The position numbers and the translations under genes were made by a program. Below are positions 1 to 5,668 of a stretch of 10,468 nt of DNA, piece after piece. Position 1 is the stretch's first letter; every line of letters starts with the position of its first letter. The notes beneath the pieces were generated by a model that worked only from the letters and a program-made list of their open reading frames with translations, was not told the origin of the DNA and made no database searches. This DNA comes from Candidatus Iainarchaeum sp. (lineage in GTDB: Archaea; Iainarchaeota; Iainarchaeia; Iainarchaeales; GCA-2688035), in assembly GCA_028713935.1 (NCBI GenBank), contig JAQTNI010000041.1:1-10468 (forward strand), given 5' to 3'.

Positions 1-44
1 GCTTCCTTCAAGAAATCACCTAATCTTATAACGCATTATTCCTA

Positions 45-52
45 TTTAAATA
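45..52 (+). promoter_or_regulatory. TATA-box-like element (tttaaata) just upstream of repeat copy B1
   Basis: tttaaata matches the archaeal TATA consensus and lies 9 nt before the B1 element at 61. No downstream gene is assigned, so its function is unproven. Confidence 0.25.
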
Positions 53-60
53 TTTGCTTA

Positions 61-113
61 GGCCTTTCTTTGAAAAAGAAAGCCCTGGGAAAGAAAGACT
101 TGCTTCGCAAGTC
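61..113 (+). repeat. B-family two-hairpin repeat, copy B1
   Basis: ggcc-ctttcttt-gaa-aaagaaag-ccctgggaaagaaa followed by hairpin gacttgc-ttc-gcaagtc. It aligns with copies at 1371-1426 and 1491-1546. A degenerate, rearranged copy lies at about 186-262. Confidence 0.7.
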
Positions 114-265
114 TATCCTTTAGCGAATCCAAACAGGCAACTATTTGTTTTGCTCAATGGTTTTTTACGTTTATCGGGATTCGAAAGGCTTTTTCTTGAA
201 AAGAAATTAAAAGCTCACCTTGCAAGAAGGGAAAAAGAAGCCTTTTCTTTGTTTTGGCAAGAGAA

Positions 266-378
266 ATGTTTATCAAAAGTTCAGGTTTCTTTTCTTTGGA
301 AGCCATTTAAAATATAATTTGGTTTCTTTTCTTTTGGCAACCTACATTTTCTTTTCTTTGTAAGAAAAGAAAAGGGCA
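266..378 (+). repeat. A-family composite repeat, copy A1, ending 1 nt before tRNA-Val
   Basis: Modules shared with 1230-1331 and 10281-10364: gtttatcaaaagttcagg, two ggtttcttttctttgg(g)caac-type units (284-304, 321-341), and a terminal hairpin at 347-373 (ttttcttttctt / tgt / aagaaaagaaaa, 12 bp) followed by gggcag. A TATA-like tttaaaatata sits inside at 306-316. Confidence 0.7.
306..316 (+). promoter_or_regulatory. TATA-box-like element, candidate tRNA-Val promoter
   Basis: tttaaaatata lies 63-73 nt upstream of tRNA +1 (379). This implies a ~40-nt leader containing the 347-373 hairpin. Confidence 0.35.
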
Positions 379-450
379 GGGCCCGTGGTTTAGTGGTATA
401 ACGTCGCATTTACACTGCGAAGGCTGCCGGTTCGATTCCGGCCGGGCCCA
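379..450 (+). tRNA. tRNA-Val (anticodon UAC), no intron, no encoded CCA
   Basis: Hand-folded cloverleaf. Acceptor stem GGGCCCG/CGGGCCC (379-385 / 443-449). Anticodon stem tcgca/tgcga with loop tt-TAC-ac. T arm gccgg-ttcgatt-ccggc. Discriminator A450. Confidence 0.9.
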
Positions 451-455
451 CAAAT

Positions 456-468
456 TCTTTTAAAATAA
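456..468 (+). promoter_or_regulatory. TATA-box-like element upstream of the HAD gene
   Basis: cttttaaaataaa is centred ~28 nt before ATG 491, consistent with a leaderless or near-leaderless archaeal mRNA. Confidence 0.35.
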
Positions 469-490
469 AAAATCCCGAAAGGCAATTTCA

Positions 491-1150
491 ATGCAAAAAA
501 TAAAGGCAATTATTTTTGATTTGGACGGAACCCTCATTGACACTATTCCTTTTCACGCGGAATCTTTCATAACCTTGTTCGGGCTTTTTGGCCACAAAGT
601 GAAAAAGCAAAAAATAAAGCATTACCTGCGCCTGAACACAGAAGAAATATACAAAAAACTCGGGGCAAAAAAAACTTTGAAACTGGACATGAAAAAATTT
701 TTGGAATTAAGAAGGCGGATTTATTATGCCGCAATCAAAGGCAAAAAAACAGTTTTCAATGATGTTTTTCCCGCATTGCAAAAACTCAAAAAATACAGGC
801 TGGGAATTGCAACAAACTCAAGCAGAAAAACACTTCTGAAATCAACTCCCAAAGGCCTGTTCAAGAAGTTTGACTCGGCAATTTCTTTTTCAGAAGTCAA
901 AAGTGCAAAGCCAAGCCCGGAAATGCTCTTGAAAATTGCAAAAAAACTGAAAGCAAAAACAAAAGAATGCCTTGTCATAGGCGATTCAGTAATGGACGTA
1001 AAAGCAGCAAAAAAAGCCGGAATGAAAATAATGTCAATTTACAGGAAAACAGGCGCCTCAACACTCAAAGAGCTTCAAAGGGAAAAACCCGATTTCATTG
1101 CAAAAAGCCTGTCAGAAATTACAGGCACAATCAAAAAAATTGAAAACTAA
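491..1150 (+). CDS. HAD-superfamily (subfamily IA-like) phosphatase / phosphomutase
   Basis: 219-aa ORF. Motif I is IFDLDGTLIDT (DxDGT). Motif II is IATNS. A conserved Lys lies in SAKPSPE. Motif IV is GDSVMDV. A cap-domain-sized insert follows motif I. Confidence 0.85.
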   Translation: MQKIKAIIFDLDGTLIDTIPFHAESFITLFGLFGHKVKKQKIKHYLRLNTEEIYKKLGAKKTLKLDMKKFLELRRRIYYAAIKGKKTVFNDVFPALQKLKKYRLGIATNSSRKTLLKSTPKGLFKKFDSAISFSEVKSAKPSPEMLLKIAKKLKAKTKECLVIGDSVMDVKAAKKAGMKIMSIYRKTGASTLKELQREKPDFIAKSLSEITGTIKKIEN

Positions 1151-1229
1151 TCCCCGCAAGTGCAATTGTTTTAAAACCTTCCCAAACCAATTAATCAATA
1201 CAGCCCAAAAAAGAAGATTAACCAATTTT

Positions 1230-1331
1230 GGTTTCTTTTCTTTGGGCAACAGAGTTTGTTTACCAAAAGTTTAGGCTTCTTTCTTTTGGGCAACTTACAC
1301 TTTTCTTTCTTGGAAAGAAAGAAAAGGGCAG
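1230..1331 (+). repeat. A-family composite repeat, copy A2, ending 1-2 nt before tRNA-Gly(GCC)
   Basis: ggtttcttttctttgggcaac (1230-1250), agtttgtttaccaaaagtttagg (1253-1275), ggcttctttcttttgggcaac (1274-1294), and hairpin 1300-1326 (cttttctttctt / gga / aagaaagaaaag, 12 bp), then gggcag. Confidence 0.75.
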
Positions 1332-1332
1332 T

Positions 1333-1488
1333 GCGGGTGTGGTCTAGTGGCTATGATTCGACCTTGCCAAGGCCTTTTCTTAAAAAGAAAAGCCCTGGGA
1401 AAAGAAGTTTTTGCTAACGCAAAAACAATTTAACCAAAATCGAAATTGCAACGAGGTCGTGGCCCGGGTTCAATTCCCGGCACCCGCA
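1333..1488 (+). tRNA. tRNA-Gly (anticodon GCC) with an 84-nt intron at canonical position 37/38 (intron about 1370-1453)
   Basis: Acceptor stem GCGGGTG/CACCCGC (1333-1339 / 1481-1487). Anticodon stem cgacc (1359-1363) pairs with ggtcg (1455-1459). Anticodon GCC is at 1366-1368. T arm is ccggg-ttcaatt-cccgg. Splice motif: a 4-bp helix 1364-1367/1448-1451 is flanked by 3-nt bulges caa (1368-1370) and cga (1452-1454). Confidence 0.85.
1371..1426 (+). repeat. B-family two-hairpin repeat, copy B2, inside the tRNA-Gly intron
   Basis: ggcc-cttttctt-aaa-aagaaaag-ccctgggaaaagaa, then hairpin gtttttgc-taac-gcaaaaac (1407-1426). It makes up the 5' two-thirds of the intron. Confidence 0.75.
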
Positions 1489-1490
1489 AA

Positions 1491-1546
1491 GCCTTTTCTT
1501 AGAAAGAAAAGCCTTGGGAAAAGAACAATTTGCTCCGCAAAGAATT
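1491..1546 (+). repeat. B-family two-hairpin repeat, copy B3, starting 3 nt after the tRNA-Gly(GCC) 3' end
   Basis: gcc-cttttctt-aga-aagaaaag-ccttgggaaaagaa, then hairpin tttgc-tcc-gcaaa (1529-1541). Confidence 0.7.
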
Positions 1547-1790
1547 TTTTGTTACTTTCGCTGTAGCCTACTTCTAAGGCGGTGCGGCCTGTCAATTCCA
1601 AAATAAATTGAATTTTGCCTTTGGCTAATTGGAAGAAGGGATTTTCTCAAAGTGGGCGAAATTGCACGTGTTCTCTTCCCTGTTGTGCGCGTTTTTCTTC
1701 CTATTGACAATTTAACCATTTTTTCACTGCCATTAAAAAGGCGTTTCCAAATTTTAAGAATTTTTTGTTCGTGCGGCAAGCAAAAAAAAA

Positions 1791-2918
1791 TTATTTTACT
1801 ACCAGGCCGACAAAAGAATTTCTTTTTGAAGAATGGCGTGGTACAGAACCGGAGTTTATTTCATAAAGCTTGACATGAGCCATGTTTGTCCAGGCGCTTA
1901 TCCAGGATGAAAAAACCAGTTCAATTATTATTCTTGGAACAATCAGCAAAATTGCCAAAATCGCAAAAAAAGAGGCAAAGCCAAAAATTGCCATTAGTGC
2001 GGCGTAACAAAGAGCAATTATAACCATGATAATCCCGAAAAGCAGGTTGAAAGCAATCGAATGAATGTATTTTCCCTGTGTTATTTCAATTGCCCTTCTA
2101 ATTATGCCAAAAGGGGTTTCATTTTCAAAAACAGCAATTGGGCCTATTACAACAAGATAAGGCGAAATCAGGAATAGGATTACAAAAAAAATGAACAACA
2201 AGGCAAGAAACATCAGCAAAAAGCCAACCAATGGAAGAATTGCTGAAGCGGCTGCTGTTCCCTGTGCAGCTGAAGCAACAAAAACAGGCAGCAGGTTTTG
2301 CAGCACAGAAGGCAAAGCAATCAAGGCAGGGGAAAAAATAATTACTGCCAGGATAAAAAGCAGTATCCCGACAAGAATTCTTGCGCCAAAAAGAGGAATG
2401 AATCTTTTTGCAGCGCTTGAAAAAGCATCTCCCAAATCCCCTTTTGCATTAAGAAACTGCCTTGCAAGAAAATAAGAAACAGCTTCAAAAAAAGAGGACA
2501 CAAAAACAGAAACAATTATGAAAACAGTTAGCAAGCCAAGAATTGCAATTATCAGTGCAGAAAAAATTGCGGGATTTGAAAGTGCGGTAACCAATTGCAA
2601 GCCAGAAGCCATTGCAGCGGGATTCTGGGCAAGCGCATCAAAAAGCAGTTTCAAAAGGTCAACACCCAAAACTCCGGAAGCCAAAAAAATTCCGGCCAAG
2701 CCAAAAACAACAAGCACTACCCCTGAAGCAATTGTCGCAAGGATAATGACAAGCAAAAAATAAAGAACCAAATAGCCATTCAGAGACTTCTTCAAAGAGT
2801 CAATTACTCCTTCAACATAAATTCCCATAAAAACCACAAATAATAACTGCAAACAACTATTTAAGAATTTCCAAGCATTGCCAAAAACCACGGTTTCAAA
2901 AAAAATAAAATTTTGCAA
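1791..2918 (-). CDS. Polytopic integral membrane protein, function unknown
   Basis: 375-aa ORF made almost entirely of long hydrophobic segments (roughly 9-10 predicted helices by eye). It has a short polar C-terminus. The listed start at 2918 is TTG. An ATG start at about 2828 (MGIYVEG...) is an alternative. Confidence 0.7.
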   Translation of the reverse strand: MQNFIFFETVVFGNAWKFLNSCLQLLFVVFMGIYVEGVIDSLKKSLNGYLVLYFLLVIILATIASGVVLVVFGLAGIFLASGVLGVDLLKLLFDALAQNPAAMASGLQLVTALSNPAIFSALIIAILGLLTVFIIVSVFVSSFFEAVSYFLARQFLNAKGDLGDAFSSAAKRFIPLFGARILVGILLFILAVIIFSPALIALPSVLQNLLPVFVASAAQGTAAASAILPLVGFLLMFLALLFIFFVILFLISPYLVVIGPIAVFENETPFGIIRRAIEITQGKYIHSIAFNLLFGIIMVIIALCYAALMAIFGFASFFAILAILLIVPRIIIELVFSSWISAWTNMAHVKLYEINSGSVPRHSSKRNSFVGLVVK

Positions 2919-2924
2919 AAAAAA

Positions 2925-3150
2925 GGGTCAGGCATCAGTTGAGCGTCTGCCCTTGCCTTGCCTGCGCTCTTGCGCATAAGAAAGAGCTGCGATTCTCCTC
3001 GGAATCTGGCTCCTGCGCACTTCACTGCTGCGCCTGTCAGAGCGCATTCTGGTGTTCACGCGAAAAGACGTTCCGGGAGAAACCCGCCTCTGGCGTTTGG
3101 AGATTCTTCTGTCAATGGGTTTTGGAATTCCAGCCATTTTTTCACCAATA
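2925..3150 (-). other. GC-rich island: candidate structured ncRNA, or a 69-aa Arg/Ser-rich basic protein gene (ORF 2928-3137)
   Basis: My hand count gives ~57% GC over 2941-3120 versus ~33% in flanking coding sequence. ORFs are open on both strands, as expected when AT-rich stop codons are scarce. Many GC-rich stems are possible (tgcgc/gcgca repeated; gattc/gaatc). On the minus strand a TATA-like tataaattaaata (rc of ~3168-3183) lies upstream. A GGTGA lies 4 nt before ATG 3137. A T8 run follows the tga. Confidence 0.4.
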
Positions 3151-3177
3151 ACAAATAACAGAGTCCCAGTATTTAAT

Positions 3178-3861
3178 TTATAGCTTTAATTTTTTTTTCA
3201 GTTTTTTCCAGATTTCAGAATGAATGTCTTCCTGTGGCCTTACAAAAAAAGAACCGTGCTTTTTCACTGCACAATCAATTGCAATCCACCTGTTCTTTTT
3301 TGCAAGCGAAGCATAAACTTTGCGCGTGCGCTCCAGATAAGCCGCGTCTGCCTCATGCAAATCTTTTTCTGAACCCTTCCTGTAATCCTCTTTCCTGTCC
3401 TGGCCAGCCATTAATTTTTGTGCCACTTCAGTCGGCATATTCAAAAAAACAACAGCATCAGCCCTTGGCATTCTCGATTCAAGGGATTCAACCCAGAAAA
3501 GGAATTTTTTTTGTTCGGAAGCCAGGGAAAACTTTGCTGTTTGATGCGCAATATTTGACTGGACATACCTGTTCATTACAAGAATTTTTCCAGCAGAAAC
3601 CTTTTCTTCAATTTCTTTTTTTATCTGGTACCTGTCAAGGGAATAAAGCAAAGCGCAAAATTCCGGAGCCAGGCTTTTGATTGGGCCGAATTCCCCCGAA
3701 AGGTGTTTTCCAGCCAAAGAGCCAAAAAAAGAGTCGTATCTTGGAAAAGAAAAAAGCTCGGCTTCAATTCCCAAAAACTGGAGCTTTTCAAAAAACAATT
3801 TTGTTTGAGTAGCCTTGCCGCTTGCATCAGTGCCTTCAAAAACAATAATAGCGCCTTTCAT
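3178..3861 (-). CDS. tmk: Thymidylate kinase (dTMP kinase)
   Basis: 227-aa ORF. N-terminal P-loop is IIVFEGTDASGKATQ. A DRY-type motif is present (SLDRYQ). Length and layout are typical of Tmk. Confidence 0.85.
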   Translation of the reverse strand: MKGAIIVFEGTDASGKATQTKLFFEKLQFLGIEAELFSFPRYDSFFGSLAGKHLSGEFGPIKSLAPEFCALLYSLDRYQIKKEIEEKVSAGKILVMNRYVQSNIAHQTAKFSLASEQKKFLFWVESLESRMPRADAVVFLNMPTEVAQKLMAGQDRKEDYRKGSEKDLHEADAAYLERTRKVYASLAKKNRWIAIDCAVKKHGSFFVRPQEDIHSEIWKKLKKKLKL

Positions 3862-3950
3862 GCAGAAACCTGAAAAATAAAGGAAAAAACTGGTTTAAAA
3901 AATAATGCCAAAGAAAATTATTTCAGGTTTTGGCTAAAAACCAAAAAAAA

Positions 3951-4021
3951 GCGTCCGTTGTCTAGCGGTAGGATCGCACCCTTCCAAGGTGCTGACCCGG
4001 GTTCGAATCCCGGCGGACGCA
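3951..4021 (+). tRNA. tRNA-Gly (anticodon UCC), no intron
   Basis: Acceptor stem GCGTCCG/CGGACGC (3951-3957 / 4014-4020). Anticodon stem gcacc/ggtgc with loop ct-TCC-aa. T arm ccggg-ttcgaat-cccgg. Discriminator A4021. Confidence 0.9.
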
Positions 4022-4024
4022 TGC

Positions 4025-4031
4025 TTTTTTT
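4025..4031 (+). terminator. Oligo-T (T7) archaeal-type terminator after tRNA-Gly(UCC)
   Basis: A run of 7 T begins 4 nt after the tRNA 3' end. Confidence 0.4.
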
Positions 4032-4095
4032 ATTTGAAAATTGAACCCCAAAAAAAGCGCTATGCATAAAAAGGAAAAGCAACACAAATTTTTGA

Positions 4096-4881
4096 ATGCA
4101 TGGAAAAAAATCTATTGCGGGAAAGGCCAGGGAGAGCGACAGAAGGCAAGAACGCCTTGAGGCTTTTCAGCGTTTGGTTGCTTCAAACGGCTTTGTAAAC
4201 CTGCAGCAGGTCCTGAGCGTCGCAAGAAAACACAATATTCCAGAAGAACACGCAAAAAGAATTGCTTTTCAACTTGGCTTTTTGGTACGAAAGAACAGGC
4301 GCCCTACAATAGAACATATTCCTGAAAGAAATATTGCCCGAGCTAATTTGAAAATTTTTGCTGCAACTTTTAAAAAATTTGAGAAGCTATTTTGGCAATT
4401 TGCAAATCCCTATATTGCGAAAGGAGTTCCTGAAACAATGCGGTATAATTATTGCATGGATTATTCAATGGCAACTATAGGAAAATTCAGGGGCGCGCGT
4501 TCGAAACTCAATTCTTGGGTTACAAATGGATGGGCGCAGGCAATGCGATCCGCATATCGGGATTTTTTAACAAGAGAAAAAAAGGAACATACAGTCGGCT
4601 CAAAAAAGAAAGGCTATTCTTTTTGGGATACGCAGGGAAGCGAACAAATGAGGCCTGAAGAAGAAACAATTCTTTTTGAACAAAGGCAGAGACTACACAA
4701 AGCGCTAGCACAGTTGCCTGCAAGAGAACGGGAAATTATCCAGCGGTATTATGGAATTGGCACAGGGATTAGCGAGACACATCAGGAGATAGGGGACAGC
4801 TTGGGCATTTCCAGAACTGCTTCAACCCAAAATGTGGAGAGAGCGCTTAAAAAGCTCCGTGAAGCCCTGCAAGAGGAATAA
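4096..4881 (+). CDS. Sigma-70-family-like protein (region 2-like and region 4 HTH) with an N-terminal extension
   Basis: 261-aa ORF. The C-terminus LPAREREIIQRYYGIGTGISETHQEIGDSLGISRTASTQNVERALKKLREAL fits the sigma-70 region 4.1/4.2 pattern (L..RE..v...RyG......T..EIg..lgiSr..v.Q.e..AL.KLR). The central KFRGARSKLNSWVTNGWAQAMRSAYRDFLTREKK resembles region 2 (F..W....a.n...d.lR). Confidence 0.6.
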   Translation: MHGKKSIAGKARESDRRQERLEAFQRLVASNGFVNLQQVLSVARKHNIPEEHAKRIAFQLGFLVRKNRRPTIEHIPERNIARANLKIFAATFKKFEKLFWQFANPYIAKGVPETMRYNYCMDYSMATIGKFRGARSKLNSWVTNGWAQAMRSAYRDFLTREKKEHTVGSKKKGYSFWDTQGSEQMRPEEETILFEQRQRLHKALAQLPAREREIIQRYYGIGTGISETHQEIGDSLGISRTASTQNVERALKKLREALQEE

Positions 4882-4900
4882 TACACCCAAGAGTGAATTT

Positions 4901-5209
4901 ATGAAACCAAACAAGAATTTTGTGCAAAAAATTGCTTTGGAAAGGATTTACAGATTGTTTGAATTGGCAGAAGAGGAATTTGAAAAAAACCCGGGTTTTG
5001 CAAAAAAATGCATTGAATTTGCGCGCAGAATAAGCACGAGAAACAAGGCAAAAATTCCGGCTGAACTGAAACAAAAATTCTGCAAAAAATGCGGAGCTTT
5101 CTTAAAAAACGGCAAAAATTGTGAAACTGAAAAAATTGGCTGCCTTGTAAAAATAAAATGCCTTGAATGCGGCTTTGAAAGGAAAACAAGGGCAGAGAAT
5201 TCGAAATAA
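4901..5209 (+). CDS. rnp4: RNase P protein component 4 (Rpp21/Rpr2 family)
   Basis: N-terminal helical part is ALERIYRLFELAEEEF...AKKCIEFARRIS. C-terminal zinc ribbon is CKKCG...(23 aa)...CLECG. ATG 4901 was chosen over the ORF-track start 4832, which would overlap the upstream gene. Confidence 0.75.
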   Translation: MKPNKNFVQKIALERIYRLFELAEEEFEKNPGFAKKCIEFARRISTRNKAKIPAELKQKFCKKCGAFLKNGKNCETEKIGCLVKIKCLECGFERKTRAENSK

Positions 5210-5217
5210 TAAAACAA

Positions 5218-5574
5218 CTATTTGTTTTTTCGCTTGTCGATTCCGGAACGCCTGTCGTCAAAATAATAATAACGAGTATTTCCTCTCATTTCTGGCGGAG
5301 GACGCGCATTGAGCTCTTGCATTTCTGGAGCATCCGATGGCAACAATTGTACTGGGATGGTGTTAGGAAACTTTACGGGAAGTTTGTCGCGCCCTTTGCC
5401 GATTCGCATAAGAGAAAAAACGTTGTATCCTCTTAAGCCATATCCCTGCTTTTTTAATTCTTCATAAGTGAAAAACCGTTTGCTATTTTGGCTCTGGACG
5501 GCAAACCCATCATCCAATTTCTTGATAACCCTTGTTTGGGTTATCCATTTTCCTTTTTGTTCGCGTAAATCCAT
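5218..5574 (-). CDS. Hypothetical 118-aa protein, no recognisable family
   Basis: Clean ATG ORF preceded on the minus strand by ggagttggtaaATG (SD-like). It is divergent from the AbrB-like gene and shares the palindrome-rich promoter. Confidence 0.5.
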   Translation of the reverse strand: MDLREQKGKWITQTRVIKKLDDGFAVQSQNSKRFFTYEELKKQGYGLRGYNVFSLMRIGKGRDKLPVKFPNTIPVQLLPSDAPEMQELNARPPPEMRGNTRYYYFDDRRSGIDKRKNK

Positions 5575-5590
5575 TTTACCAACTCCATTT

Positions 5591-5668
5591 TAGGTACCTA
5601 AATTAGGTACCGAAATCTTTTAAATAAGTAGGTACCTAATGATAGCATTAAAAGTCGTGGGTACCTAC
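5591..5668. promoter_or_regulatory. Divergent promoter with four GGTACC-core palindromic operator candidates around a bidirectional TATA-like element
   Basis: Sites: taggtaccta (5591-5600), taggtaccga (5604-5613), taggtaccta (5629-5638) and gggtacctac (5659-5668). The near-palindromic cttttaaataag (about 5616-5628) lies between sites 2 and 3. Only one other GGTACC occurs in the window, at 3627-3632. Confidence 0.6.

Noticed and set aside
54-317. 87-aa ORF (TTG start) at the window start
   Set aside because: It is built entirely from the A/B repeat elements (purine/pyrimidine hairpins). It has a non-ATG start and no recognisable motif. It is most likely open by chance across the repeats.
61-1546. 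Repeats as a CRISPR array
   Set aside because: The copies are imperfect, internally palindromic, irregularly spaced (tens to >1000 bp apart) and interleaved with tRNA genes and a CDS. There is no repeat-spacer periodicity and there are no cas genes.
1552-1873. ORFs 1552-1779 (minus, 75 aa, basic) and 1652-1873 (plus, 73 aa) downstream of tRNA-Gly
   Set aside because: They overlap each other, and 1652-1873 also runs into the 3' end of the membrane-protein gene. I recognise no motifs or ribosome-binding signals. The region is left unannotated rather than called.
2925-3150. Specific assignment of the GC-rich island to RNase P RNA, SRP RNA or 5S rRNA
   Set aside because: I looked for CR-I (GAGGAAAGUCC) and CR-IV (ACAGAA), the SRP helix-8 GNAR loop with AGCA, and the 5S loop motifs. 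On the minus strand only loose resemblances exist (gaggagaatc, acagaag), and in the wrong 5'-3' order for RNase P. There is no convincing terminal helix. The class is left open.
4832-4900. Upstream extension of the Rpp21 ORF to 4832
   Set aside because: It would overlap the sigma-like gene by 50 nt. The extension (MWRERLKSSVKPCKRNNTPKSEF) has no Rpr2 similarity. ATG 4901 gives a protein of typical length.
5591-5668. GGTACC palindromes as the recognition site of the adjacent R-M system (KpnI-like)
   Set aside because: A PLD/B3-type nuclease with two separate methyltransferases points to an asymmetric site, not a 6-bp palindrome. Tight clustering around a TATA element fits operators better. 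Methylation-sensitive regulation cannot be excluded without methylome data.
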